Positions 25,829 to 37,051 of a DNA stretch of 48,944 bases are shown piece after piece. How positions within the stretch are numbered: position 1 is the stretch's first letter; each line of letters opens with the position of its first letter. The notes beneath the pieces are model-generated. The model was not told the origin of the DNA, ran no database searches, and was given only the letters and a program-made list of their open reading frames with translations. Both the position numbers and the translations under genes were made by a program. The DNA is from Trueperaceae bacterium. Its GTDB lineage: Bacteria > Deinococcota > Deinococci > Deinococcales > Trueperaceae. Where the stretch lies: NCBI GenBank assembly GCA_031581195.1, contig JAVLCF010000002.1:1-48944 (forward strand), written 5' to 3'.

Positions 25829-26523
25829 GGGGTGTCCTCCGCGGCGACGGGGGCGAGCCCGAGGTGCAGGACGTAGCGTTGCGCGCCGCGTTTCGCTTCG
25901 TAGCGCCCCAGGAGCTCGACCAGGTCGCGTTGGAGCGCCTTCGCGTCGGGGTAGTCCAGCATCAGGTCCTCCCGCCAGGCGGACAGGACGGCGGGACCGT
26001 CGGGGTCGAGGGGGGCGACGTCGGCGTCGGGGCGGACCGCCATCTGCACCTGGACGCGCCCCCGGGCGTCGCGGTAGATGCGCGTCCCCCACGTCCCGAT
26101 CGCTTCGCTGCGGGCGCGCACGACGCTGCGCCGAAGCAGCCGCGCGACCCACGCCTCGCGGTCCGCGAGGGCGTCGTCGAGGTCGTCGGCGGCGGACGCC
26201 TCGAACGGCACGAAGAACACGTCGGCGACGGCCCGGTAGCGGCGGCGGGGGCGGCCCCGCCGCGGTTCGGTGGCCACGACCTCGAGCAGGCCGGCGTCGT
26301 GCAGGCGGCGCACGCGTTTGAGGACGGTGTTCGGTTTCGCGCCCGACGCGTCGGCCGCTTCGCCGACGGTGGCGGCGCGCCCCAGGAAGGGCGCCAGGTG
26401 GGCGCGGTGGCGGGCGTCGAGCAGGAGCGTCGCCTGCGTCCGGTCGCGGACCACGCGGACGCGGGGGGCGTCCGGCGGCCGGTCGGGCGACGCGGGGTGG
26501 GCATGTGACTCGGTATCCTTCAC
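25825..26523 (-). CDS. Winged-helix (ArsR-like) transcriptional regulator with an uncharacterised C-terminal domain
   Basis: This is the only non-junk part of a 1500-aa track ORF. HTH core VGEAADASGAKPNTVLKRVRRLHDAGLLEV. The stop overlaps the lipoprotein start (GTGA). The start is uncertain: GTG 26523, or possibly a later GTG. Confidence 0.7.
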   Translation of the reverse strand: MKDTESHAHPASPDRPPDAPRVRVVRDRTQATLLLDARHRAHLAPFLGRAATVGEAADASGAKPNTVLKRVRRLHDAGLLEVVATEPRRGRPRRRYRAVADVFFVPFEASAADDLDDALADREAWVARLLRRSVVRARSEAIGTWGTRIYRDARGRVQVQMAVRPDADVAPLDPDGPAVLSAWREDLMLDYPDAKALQRDLVELLGRYEAKRGAQRYVLHLGLAPVAAEDTP

Positions 26524-26598
26524 GTCACGTAGAAGCGTACGACACTCGGGGCACGTACCCCGTGCGCCCGCCGCGCCGGCGCGCGTCAGGAGGCTCCC

Positions 26599-29319
<2,721 letters not shown>

Positions 29320-29325
29320 GCGCCC

Positions 29326-30462
29326 GTGCGCGCGCTCGTCGTCCTCCTCCTGACCGCCTGCGCCGCGATCGCCGCGGCGCAGGCGCCCGCGACGCCCGCC
29401 CCGCCCGCGGGGAGCGTGGCGTTGCGCGTCCTGCTCGCCGAGGACGTCGAGCGCTACGAGGCGCGCATCGACGGGCCGCACGAGGTGCGCACCGAGCGCG
29501 CCGCGAGGCGCAGCGCCACCCCACTCGACTGGCCGGTGGAGGTGCGCGGCGACCAACTGTACGCCGCGGGGTTCCGCGTCGGGCCGTGGCTCACGCTGGC
29601 GCCCGCGTCGGGCGTCATCGAGGTCGACGGCCGCCGCTACCGCGGCGCGTTGCGGCTCGAGGCGGCGGACGGGGCGCTGCGCCTCGTGAACGTCGTGGAC
29701 CTCGAGGCGTACCTCCGGGGGGTCGTGCCGGCGGAGGTGCCGGCCGAATGGCCGGCCGCGGCGCTCGAGGCGCAGGCGATCGCCGCGCGGACGTACACGG
29801 TGGCGAACCTCGATCCGGCGGCGCCGTACGACATCTGCGCGACCCTCTTGTGCCAGGTGTACGACGGCGTCGCGGCGGAGGACCCCCGCACCGACGCCGC
29901 CGTCCGCGCGACGGAGGGGCGCGTGGTGCGCGCCGGCGGGGAGGTGGCGCGGACGTACTACCACGCCGACTCCGGCGGGCGGACGGCGTCCGCGGCGGAG
30001 GTGTGGGGGTACGACCGCAGCTACCTCCGCACGCGCGAGGACGTTGCCGTCGCCAGCCCGCACCGCGGCTGGACGGCGACCCTCGCCCCGGCCCGCCTGG
30101 CGGCGGCGTTGGCGGCGGAGGGCCGCGACGTCGGGACGCCGACCCGCCTCCGGATCACGGAGACGAGCGCGTCGGGCCGCGCGAGTCGCGCGGTGATCGA
30201 GGGGACCGCGGGTTCCGTGACGCTGGCGGGGCCGCGCCTCACGCGGGTCCTGCGCGGCGCGGGCCTCAAGTCGACGCGGGTGACGTCGACCGGTCCCCTG
30301 TCGGTGCGCGGCGACGGCTGGGGGCACGGCGTCGGCCTCAGCCAGTACGGGGCGATGGGCCTCGCCCGGCAGGGCCGCACCGCGGAACAGATCCTGCGCT
30401 TCTACTACCCCGGGACGCGGGTCGCGGCGCTGCCGCGCGACCCGGTGCTGGCGGCGCGCTGA
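29326..30462 (+). CDS. SpoIID/LytB domain protein (cell-wall amidase enhancer / lytic transglycosylase family)
   Basis: 378 aa. Signal peptide, plus the motifs LEAQAIAARTY, YHADSGGRTAS and GHGVGLSQYGA. Confidence 0.85.
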   Translation: MRALVVLLLTACAAIAAAQAPATPAPPAGSVALRVLLAEDVERYEARIDGPHEVRTERAARRSATPLDWPVEVRGDQLYAAGFRVGPWLTLAPASGVIEVDGRRYRGALRLEAADGALRLVNVVDLEAYLRGVVPAEVPAEWPAAALEAQAIAARTYTVANLDPAAPYDICATLLCQVYDGVAAEDPRTDAAVRATEGRVVRAGGEVARTYYHADSGGRTASAAEVWGYDRSYLRTREDVAVASPHRGWTATLAPARLAAALAAEGRDVGTPTRLRITETSASGRASRAVIEGTAGSVTLAGPRLTRVLRGAGLKSTRVTSTGPLSVRGDGWGHGVGLSQYGAMGLARQGRTAEQILRFYYPGTRVAALPRDPVLAAR

Positions 30463-30477
30463 CGCGCGCCGCGCCCC

Positions 30478-30789
30478 TCAGCGCGCCAGCTTGACGGCGG
30501 CCAGCAGGTCCCCGAGGTCCCCCTGGCCCGACGCGAAGTCCGCCTGGCAGCGCTCGACGTAGTGCTCCAGGACGGCGTCCCCGGTCGCGTCGAGGGCGCT
30601 GCGGACGCCGGCGAGCAGCGTCAGGATGTCGGTGCAGGAGCGGTCCTCGTCGACCATGCGTTGCAGGCCCCGCACCTGGCCCTCGAGGCGCTTGAGGCGG
30701 TTGAGGATGCGCTTCTTCTCCTCGGGGGGGATCGCGACGGTCGCGGTGGTGGGGGTGGTGGCCGGGTCGGGGGTCGGGGCGTCGGGCAT
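30478..30789 (-). CDS. CsoR/RcnR/CstR family repressor
   Basis: 103 aa with a DUF156 core KKRILNRLKRLEGQVRGLQRMVDEDRSCTDILTLL...LEHYVERC. AGGAGA SD lies 5 nt upstream. Confidence 0.85.
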   Translation of the reverse strand: MPDAPTPDPATTPTTATVAIPPEEKKRILNRLKRLEGQVRGLQRMVDEDRSCTDILTLLAGVRSALDATGDAVLEHYVERCQADFASGQGDLGDLLAAVKLAR

Positions 30790-30816
30790 GGGGGTCTCCT
30801 GTTCGGGGGTGGGGCG

Positions 30817-31311
30817 TCAGTGGGGCAGGTGGCGGCGGGTCGCGCCGTACGTCCAGGTGCCGAGCAGGGCCCCGATCAGCACGACGGCGAAGGCGGGGAG
30901 CCCCGCGCCGACCAGGGCGAGGATGGGGCCGGGGCAGGCACCGACGAGCGCCCACCCGAGCCCGAAGACGGAGCCGCCCCCCAGGGTGCGCGGGAGGCCG
31001 CCCTCCTTCGGGGGCACGGCGATCGGGGTCCCGTCGAGGGCGCGCGCGCCGGAGCGGCGCAGGAGCGTCACGCCGACCATCGCCACGAGGACGGCGGAGC
31101 CGATGACGCCGTACATGTGGAAGGCGTCGAAGCGGAACATCTCCTGGATGCGCCACCAGGCGACGACCTCGCTGCGGACCAGCACCAGCCCGAAGGCCGC
31201 GCCGGCCGCGAGGTAGGCGAGCGCCGCGCGCGCCCCGAGGCCGCGGCGCGCGGCCGGGGTCTCCGCGCAGTCGGGCGGGTGCGGCGTGGCGGTGGGGCCC
31301 GGCGTCGTCAT
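30817..31311 (-). CDS. YeeE/YedE-type sulfur-transport membrane protein, second half-size subunit
   Basis: 164 aa from ATG 31311 (ATGA overlap with the upstream gene). GGSVFGLGWALVGACPGP motif and four hydrophobic segments. Confidence 0.8.
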   Translation of the reverse strand: MTTPGPTATPHPPDCAETPAARRGLGARAALAYLAAGAAFGLVLVRSEVVAWWRIQEMFRFDAFHMYGVIGSAVLVAMVGVTLLRRSGARALDGTPIAVPPKEGGLPRTLGGGSVFGLGWALVGACPGPILALVGAGLPAFAVVLIGALLGTWTYGATRRHLPH

Positions 31312-31889
31312 GCGGCACCCCCGCCGGTCAACGCCGGCAGCAGGACCGGCAGCAGCAGGTGCGTCCCGACCAGCCCGCCGGCGAAGAAACCGATCACCGC
31401 GAGGAGGGAGGGGAGCTGGCGGGTGGCGAGCCCGGTGATGGCGTGCCCCGACGTGCAGCCGCCCGCCCACCGCGCCCCGAACCCCACCAGGAAGCCTCCG
31501 GCGAGCAGGAACGCCCAGACCGCGGGGCGGCGCAGCGCGTCGGCGGAGGCGAGCGCGGCGGGGGCGAGACCGCCGTCGGGCGTCACGCCGTACGCCGCGA
31601 GCGCGTCGCGCGTGGCGGACGCCACGGTGAGGGGGGCCTGGCCGAGGGCGGCGACGGCGCCGCCCAGCACGATCCCGAGGGCGAAGAGGAGGTTCCACCC
31701 GCCGACGTCGCGCCAGGCGTAGCGGAAGTACGCCGGCCCGCCGGGCAGGATCGCGCAGGCGTGCCGCAGCGAGGAGGAGACGCCGAACGCCTTGTTGCCG
31801 ATCCACAACAACAGCGGCACGACCGCCCCGATGAGGGGGCCGGCCAGCCACCACGGCCACGGCGACGTGAGCCAGGTCTCGATACCCAT
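31308..31889 (-). CDS. YeeE/YedE family protein, first half-size subunit
   Basis: 193 aa with the GARWAGGCTSGHAITG motif typical of YeeE/YedE. Confidence 0.85.
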   Translation of the reverse strand: MGIETWLTSPWPWWLAGPLIGAVVPLLLWIGNKAFGVSSSLRHACAILPGGPAYFRYAWRDVGGWNLLFALGIVLGGAVAALGQAPLTVASATRDALAAYGVTPDGGLAPAALASADALRRPAVWAFLLAGGFLVGFGARWAGGCTSGHAITGLATRQLPSLLAVIGFFAGGLVGTHLLLPVLLPALTGGGAA

Positions 31890-31897
31890 GGGGGGTA
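31883..31897. promoter_or_regulatory. Candidate CsoR-family operator TACCC-N5-GGGTA
   Basis: TACCCATGGGGGGTA spans the ATG (31887-31889) of the first YeeE/YedE gene and abuts its -10 box. The cognate-type repressor gene closes the same operon. Confidence 0.5.
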
Positions 31898-31902
31898 CGG
31901 TA
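31897..31902 (-). promoter_or_regulatory. -10-like box for the leaderless YeeE/YedE operon
   Basis: Minus strand TACCGT, 7 nt, ATG 31889. Confidence 0.4.
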
Positions 31903-31955
31903 CCCGCGCGTCCACCGACGCATCAAGGGCGGCGGACCGCGCGCCGGCGACCTGC

Positions 31956-31961
31956 TACCCT
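31956..31961 (+). promoter_or_regulatory. -10-like box upstream of the small ORF / rsmI unit
   Basis: TACCCT, followed 6 nt later by GTG 31968. It would also give a leader of about 80 nt for the 32050 ORF. Confidence 0.35.
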
Positions 31962-32049
31962 GCGCCCGTGAGACACCGCCGTTCCCGCGTCTCCTGCGCC
32001 TCCCGCGCCGCACGACCCCTCCGGGTCGCGGCCCCCGCCCGGAGGGCCC

Positions 32050-32250
32050 GTGCGGGCCTATAGGGGCGTCGTCCGCGGCGAGGTGGTCCGCCTCGAGGAG
32101 GGCGTCCGCCTCCCCGACGGTGCCGTGGTCACCGTGACGGTCGGCGAGGGGGAGCTCGTGCGCGCGACGTTGCGGGCCGCTCTGCGCCGCAACGCGCCGA
32201 GGCGCTCGCGCGCGCGCCGCCGCCCGGTTCCCGCCGGCGGCGGGGCGTGA
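32050..32250 (+). CDS. Small protein with a DUF104/AF2212-like (antitoxin-type) N-terminal half
   Basis: 66 aa. YRGVVRGEVVRLEEGVRLPDGAVVTVTV resembles the 'GVLKPLEPVDLPEGxxVxVxI' pattern. GC3 is about 94%. GGAGGG lies 3 nt upstream. The stop overlaps the rsmI GTG (GTGA). Confidence 0.45.
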   Translation: MRAYRGVVRGEVVRLEEGVRLPDGAVVTVTVGEGELVRATLRAALRRNAPRRSRARRRPVPAGGGA

Positions 32251-33068
32251 GCCGCCTCGTTCTCGTCCCCACGCCGATCGGGGCCCTGCGCGACGTGACG
32301 TTGCGCGCCCTCGACGTGCTCGGAGGCGCCGACGTCGTCGCGGCGGAGGACACCCGGCGCAGCGCGACGCTGCTTCGCGAGCACGGGATCGCCACCCCCC
32401 TCGTGCGGCTCGACGCCCACACGATCCCCACGCGCGGCCCCGGCCTCCTCGCCGAGCACGCGACCGTCGCCTACGTCACCGACGCCGGCACGCCCGGCGT
32501 CAGCGACCCCGGCGCGGACCTCGTCCGCCTCGCGCTGGACGCGGGGCACGACGTCGAGGCGTTGCCGGGCCCCAGCGCCGTGCTGCCCGCCCTCGTCCTG
32601 TCCGGCCTCCCGGTCGCCCGCTTCACCTTCGAGGGGTTCCTCCCCCGCAAGGGCCGAGACCGCGGAGACCGCCTCGCTCGGCTCGCCGCCCGCCCGGAGA
32701 CGACGGCGCTGTACGAGGCGCCCGGGCGCGTCCCCGGCACCCTCGCCGACCTCGCCGAGGCCTGCGGCGGGGACCGCCCCGCGAGCCTCTCGCGCGAACT
32801 CACGAAACGCTTCGAGACCACCCTCCGCGGGTCGCTCGCGGACCTCGCGACCGCCACCGCCGCCGACCCGCCGCGCGGCGAGTGCGTCGTGGTGGTCGGG
32901 GGCGCACCCGAGGGGGCGCCGGGTCCGCCCCCCGGGGAGGCGGACCGCTACGCCGCGGCGCTGCGCGGCGCCGGCGTCACCGGCCGGACCCTACGCGACG
33001 CCCTGGTCGCGCTCGGGGTGGCGAAGAACGACGCGTACCGCGCCGCCCTCGACGGGGAGGAAGGCTAG
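32247..33068 (+). CDS. rsmI: 16S rRNA (cytidine1402-2'-O)-methyltransferase
   Basis: 273 aa. LVPTPIGALRDVTLRALDVL...AAEDTR N-terminus of the tetrapyrrole-methylase-fold RsmI. Confidence 0.9.
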   Translation: MSRLVLVPTPIGALRDVTLRALDVLGGADVVAAEDTRRSATLLREHGIATPLVRLDAHTIPTRGPGLLAEHATVAYVTDAGTPGVSDPGADLVRLALDAGHDVEALPGPSAVLPALVLSGLPVARFTFEGFLPRKGRDRGDRLARLAARPETTALYEAPGRVPGTLADLAEACGGDRPASLSRELTKRFETTLRGSLADLATATAADPPRGECVVVVGGAPEGAPGPPPGEADRYAAALRGAGVTGRTLRDALVALGVAKNDAYRAALDGEEG

Positions 33069-33118
33069 CGTCGCGGGCGCGTCGTCGGCCGAACGCCCGC
33101 CCGCGCGCGCCGGCCTGC

Positions 33119-33124
33119 TACCCT
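33119..33124 (+). promoter_or_regulatory. -10-like box upstream of mfd
   Basis: TACCCT about 75 nt before the mfd ATG, so this transcript would not be leaderless. Confidence 0.3.
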
Positions 33125-33198
33125 AAGGCTTTGCGCCCCCGCGCACGCACCCTCGCGCGCGACCCCAACCTGCGCACCCCCAGCATGAGCAACCCAGG

Positions 33199-36100
33199 AT
33201 GAGCGACCGCACGACGCCCCCGCCCCCCGCGGCGCCGGACCCCTCCGCGCGCACGCCCGCCCCGCCGCCCGCCCCCGCGGACGGCGGCCGGATCGCAGGC
33301 CTTCCCGCCGTCGCGCGCCTCGCGCGCGTCGCGCGGGACGCGGGGCCGCGCGTCGTCCTGACGACGCCCGAGCGTGCGCCCCTCTTCGAGGGCGCCGCGG
33401 CGTTCGGGGCGCCGGTCACGACCGACCCCGACCTGGACGGCTGGGGGGAACGCAGCGACCTGGTGATCGCGACGTTCGAGCACGCCGTCCGGGCGTTCCC
33501 CGCCGACCCCGAACGCTACGAGCTGGCCTTCGCGCCCGGCGCGTCGTTCCCCCGCAGCGACCTGCTCGACCGGCTCGACGCCTTCGGGTACCCCCGCGAC
33601 GCGACGCCCGGCGTGCAGGTGCACGGCGACACCGTGACGGTCTACCTGGGGGACGACCCCGACGGCCCGCAGCTTCGCTTGGGGTTCTTCGGGGACGACC
33701 TCGACGAGGTCCGCGAGAACGGCGTCGCCCGCGACCGCTTCGCGCTCCGCCCCCGGCGCGACGCGCCGCTCTTCGAGGACGAGGAGGACGCCTGGACGTC
33801 GACCGTCCTGGAGGCCCTGCCCGGCCCGGTCTTCCTCGACGCCCCGGAGCTCGTCGAAAGCGTCCTCGACGCGGCCGACGCGCGCGCCCTCTGGGCGCGG
33901 CTTGCGGAGCGCCGCGTCACGTCGTTCGGGCGCGATCCGTTGGACCTCCCCGAACGCGAGCGCGACGTCGCGCCGCTCGACTACTACCGCGCCCGCCTCG
34001 AGGACGCCGCGGCGGACGTCGAAACGTGGTTGCGCGACGGGTTCGACGTCGCGGTTCTGGTGCGCTTCGAACGCACCGGTCGCTACCTCCAGGAGCGCCT
34101 CCTCGGGCACCTCGATCCGGCGTGGGCGTCGCACGTCCCCCCGCCCGATGCCGGCGCGCGGCCGCCCGGCGCGTCGGGCGCGCTGCGCCTCGTGCTCGGG
34201 GGCCGGACGGAGGGCGGGTACCGCGACGACGCCCGCCGCGAGGTCGTCCTGAGCGAGGACCTGCTGTACGGCCACCAGGGGGCCCGCGCCCTCAAGCGCC
34301 TGCCGGGCCGCAGCGTGCAGGACGCCAGCCAACTCGCGGTCGGCGACTTTTTGATCCACCCCGACCACGGCGTCGGACGCTTTCAGGGGCTCGAGTCCCG
34401 GTCGGTGTTGGGCGTCGCGCGGGACTACCTCGAACTCCGTTACGCCGGGGAGGGCAAGCTCTACCTCCCCGTCGAGCAGCTCCCGCTGTTGCGGCGCCAC
34501 CCCGGCACGAGCGACGAACCGCCGCGCCTCTCGACGTTGGGGACGAACGAGTGGTCGCGCGCCAAGGAGAAGGCGCGCGTCAGTGCGCAAGCGCTCGCAG
34601 CGGAACTCATCAAGACGTACGCGCAACGCCAAGTGACGCAGGGCACCGCCTTTCCCGAGCAGGAGAGCTGGCGGGGCCTGGCCGAAGCGAACTTCCCGTA
34701 CGAACTCACGCCGGACCAGGCGACCGCGGTGGAGGCCACCCTCGCCGACATGGAGTCCAGCATCCCCATGGACCGCCTCGTGAGCGGCGACGTGGGGTTC
34801 GGCAAGACCGAGGTGGCGATCCGGGCGGCGCTGCGCGCCGTCGCCAACGGCCGGCAGGTCGCCATGCTGGTCCCCACGACGGTCCTCGCGAAACAGCACT
34901 TCGATACGTTCGCCGCGCGCTTCGACGGCCTCCCGGTCGAGGTGGCGTTGTTGTCGCGCTTCGCCAGCGACACGGAAGCCCGCGCGACGCTCGAGGGCCT
35001 GAGCGACGGCACGATCGACGTCGTGATCGGGACGCACCGGCTGCTGAACGAAGCGGTCCGCTTCGCGCGGTTGGGGTTGTTGATCATCGACGAGGAGCAC
35101 CGCTTCGGGGTGGGGCAGAAGGAGCGCCTCAAGAGCCTCCGCGCGAACCTCGACGTGCTCTCGCTGTCCGCGACCCCCATCCCGCGGACGCTGTACATGA
35201 GTCTGGTGGGCCTGCGCGACGTCAGCCAGATCATGACGCCGCCCGCCGGCCGGAAACCGATCCGGACGGTGCTGCAGCCCTACGACCCGGTGACGGTCCG
35301 CAGCGCGATCCTGCACGAGCTCGAGCGGGGCGGGACGACGTACTACATCCACGACCGCATCGGCTCCATGGCGATGCGGGCGAAGACGTTGCAGCAGCTC
35401 GTGCCCGAAGCGCGCATCGGGGTGGCGCACGGCCGGATGGATCCCGCCGACCTCGAGTCGGTGATGCTGAACTTCGAGGGGGGCGCCTTCGACGTGCTGC
35501 TCTCGACGACGATCGTCGAGTCCGGCCTCGACGTCGAGGGGGCGAACACGTTGATCATCGAGCGCGCCGACCGCCTCGGTCTGGCGCAGCTCTACCAGTT
35601 GCGGGGGCGCGTCGGTCGCCGCCGCACCGAGGCGTGGGCGTACCTGCTGTACCCCGGGCGCCTCAAGGAGCAGGCCCAGAAACGCCTCTACGCCATCCAC
35701 GAGTTGGGGGACCTCGGCTCCGGTCACCGCCTCGCGGAGAAGGACATGGAGATCCGCGGGGTCGGCAACCTCCTCGGGCCCGAGCAGCACGGGCACGTCA
35801 GTGCGGTGTCGCTGGAGGTCTACACCGAACTGCTCGCCGAGGAGGTCGCGAAACTCAAGGGCGAAGCCCCGACGCACGCGACGCCGCCCGTCGCGATCGA
35901 CCTGAACGTCGACGCGCGCCTCACACCGACCTACCTGCCGGACGACGACGAACGCATCGCGACGTACGGACGCCTCGCCGAAGCCACTGGCCTGGCCGAG
36001 GTGGCGCGCGTCGCGAAGGAGGTCCGCGAGGCGCGGGGTCCGTTCCCCCCGGAGGTCGCGGCGTTCTTCGATCTCGTGAAGTTGCGCCTGATCGCGCGGC

Positions 36101-36318
36101 AGAAGGGCGTCGCCTCGATCGCGGAGCACATGACCGACGTGCAGGTGTCGTTCCACGAGGCGTTCGACGAACTCGAGTACGACCCGCGCGCCCTCCGCGA
36201 GCTGCCGTTCACCGCCGAAGCGACGCGCTACCCGCCGGGGTTCAGCGTCAAGAAGAAGGGCCTCGAGGTCGAGGCCCTCCCGAAACGGCTGCAGCAACTG
36301 TTGCAGGTCGTCGGCTGA
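33199..36318 (+). CDS. mfd: Transcription-repair coupling factor
   Basis: 1039 aa. CarD/TRCF domain ([12 protein letters not shown]), helicase motifs [11 protein letters not shown] and [10 protein letters not shown], and a TRG motif region. Confidence 0.95.
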   Translation: MSDRTTPPPPAAPDPSARTPAPPPAPADGGRIAGLPAVARLARVARDAGPRVVLTTPERAPLFEGAAAFGAPVTTDPDLDGWGERSDLVIATFEHAVRAFPADPERYELAFAPGASFPRSDLLDRLDAFGYPRDATPGVQVHGDTVTVYLGDDPDGPQLRLGFFGDDLDEVRENGVARDRFALRPRRDAPLFEDEEDAWTSTVLEALPGPVFLDAPELVESVLDAADARALWARLAERRVTSFGRDPLDLPERERDVAPLDYYRARLEDAAADVETWLRDGFDVAVLVRFERTGRYLQERLLGHLDPAWASHVPPPDAGARPPGASGALRLVLGGRTEGGYRDDARREVVLSEDLLYGHQGARALKRLPGRSVQDASQLAVGDFLIHPDHGVGRFQGLESRSVLGVARDYLELRYAGEGKLYLPVEQLPLLRRHPGTSDEPPRLSTLGTNEWSRAKEKARVSAQALAAELIKTYAQRQVTQGTAFPEQESWRGLAEANFPYELTPDQATAVEATLADMESSIPMDRLVSGDVGFGKTEVAIRAALRAVANGRQVAMLVPTTVLAKQHFDTFAARFDGLPVEVALLSRFASDTEARATLEGLSDGTIDVVIGTHRLLNEAVRFARLGLLIIDEEHRFGVGQKERLKSLRANLDVLSLSATPIPRTLYMSLVGLRDVSQIMTPPAGRKPIRTVLQPYDPVTVRSAILHELERGGTTYYIHDRIGSMAMRAKTLQQLVPEARIGVAHGRMDPADLESVMLNFEGGAFDVLLSTTIVESGLDVEGANTLIIERADRLGLAQLYQLRGRVGRRRTEAWAYLLYPGRLKEQAQKRLYAIHELGDLGSGHRLAEKDMEIRGVGNLLGPEQHGHVSAVSLEVYTELLAEEVAKLKGEAPTHATPPVAIDLNVDARLTPTYLPDDDERIATYGRLAEATGLAEVARVAKEVREARGPFPPEVAAFFDLVKLRLIARQKGVASIAEHMTDVQVSFHEAFDELEYDPRALRELPFTAEATRYPPGFSVKKKGLEVEALPKRLQQLLQVVG

Positions 36319-36368
36319 GCCACGGAACGGCAGCCGCGCGGCGCGCCGCACGCGTGCAGGGCTCACGA

Positions 36369-36398
36369 CGACGGCCGGCCCCGCAGGGCCGGCCGTCG
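36369..36398. terminator. Hairpin between convergent mfd and the OMP gene
   Basis: CGACGGCCGGCCC-cgca-GGGCCGGCCGTCG, a perfect 13-bp stem. Confidence 0.6.
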
Positions 36399-36406
36399 AC
36401 GCAGGG

Positions 36407-36427
36407 TCGGCGCGCGAAGCGCGCCGA
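36407..36427. terminator. Second hairpin in the mfd/OMP gap
   Basis: TCGGCGCGC-gaa-GCGCGCCGA, a 9-bp stem. Confidence 0.5.
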
Positions 36428-36430
36428 GCC

Positions 36431-36937
36431 TCAGAAGTCGAAGTGGTAGTTCACCCCGACGCGACCGAGGAAGCCGAAGCCGGTGCTGGGGTCGTCTTCG
36501 TCGTCGGCGCTGGAGCCTTCGTACACCTCGAGGCCGTAGCTCGGGCCGCCCTCGAAGAACACGCCGACGTCGTTGCCGCCCAGGTCGAGGCCGAGGTCCG
36601 CCAGCAGGATCTCCGCACCGGCGAGACCGTGGATGGCGAACTTCGTGTCGAAGATCGTCGAGGCGCCGCCGCCCACGTACAGCGTGGCGGGAACGTCGCC
36701 GGTGTCGACCGGCGCGGCGTAGATCAGGTCCGCCCCGAGCTCGAAGCCGGTGGGGCTGACGTACGCGTAGCCGAGGTTCGCGCGGACGCCGAGCCCTTCG
36801 ATGCCGACGTCGGACACGCCGACGTGGGCGTGGGCGCCGGGCGCGCCGGCGCTCGCGCCGACCCAGGCGCTCTGGGCGAAGGCCGCGCCGCCGGTGAGGA
36901 CGAGGGCGGAAAGAACGGTCAGAAAAGTCGTACGCAT
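36431..36937 (-). CDS. Outer-membrane beta-barrel protein (small porin / OMP_b-brl type)
   Basis: 168 aa from ATG 36937 (GGAGGG SD 4 nt upstream). Signal peptide MRTTFLTVLSALVLTGGAAFAQ, alternating beta-strand pattern, C-terminal GVNYHFDF ending in Phe. Confidence 0.75.
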   Translation of the reverse strand: MRTTFLTVLSALVLTGGAAFAQSAWVGASAGAPGAHAHVGVSDVGIEGLGVRANLGYAYVSPTGFELGADLIYAAPVDTGDVPATLYVGGGASTIFDTKFAIHGLAGAEILLADLGLDLGGNDVGVFFEGGPSYGLEVYEGSSADDEDDPSTGFGFLGRVGVNYHFDF

Positions 36938-36962
36938 GAGTCCCTCCAAGTGGGCAGGATCG

Positions 36963-36985
36963 GAGGCGCGCACGGTGCGCGCCTC
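36963..36985 (-). other. 9-bp GC hairpin in the predicted 5' leader of the OMP mRNA
   Basis: GAGGCGCGC-acggt-GCGCGCCTC, between the TACCGT box and the SD. Confidence 0.45.
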
Positions 36986-36996
36986 AACCGAGGAAA

Positions 36997-37002
36997 ACGG
37001 TA
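36997..37002 (-). promoter_or_regulatory. -10-like box of the OMP gene
   Basis: Minus strand TACCGT about 60 nt upstream of ATG 36937. The leader contains the hairpin at 36963-36985. Confidence 0.35.
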
Positions 37003-37011
37003 GCACGCGCG

Positions 37012-37051
37012 CGGCCGCAGGGAACGTGCGATACGCCGCACGTCGCGGCCG
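37012..37051 (-). terminator. Composite hairpin immediately downstream of the GIY-YIG-like gene
   Basis: Outer arms CGGCCGC (37012-18) / GCGGCCG (37045-51). Inner arms ACGTGCG (37024-30) / CGCACGT (37037-43). Confidence 0.45.

Noticed and set aside
31968-32063. A 31-aa Arg-rich ORF starting exactly 6 nt after the TACCCT box, i.e. in a perfect leaderless position.
   Set aside because: Its GC3 is lower (about 81%) and its composition is like frame-shifted junk. It overlaps the better-supported 32050 ORF. It is kept only as an alternative in the rsmI-leader finding.
33131-33202. A TTG 6 nt after the TACCCT box at 33119, considered as a leaderless upstream start for mfd.
   Set aside because: It lies in a different frame from mfd (the frame ending at TGA 33200-33202) and encodes only a 23-aa Arg/Pro-rich peptide.
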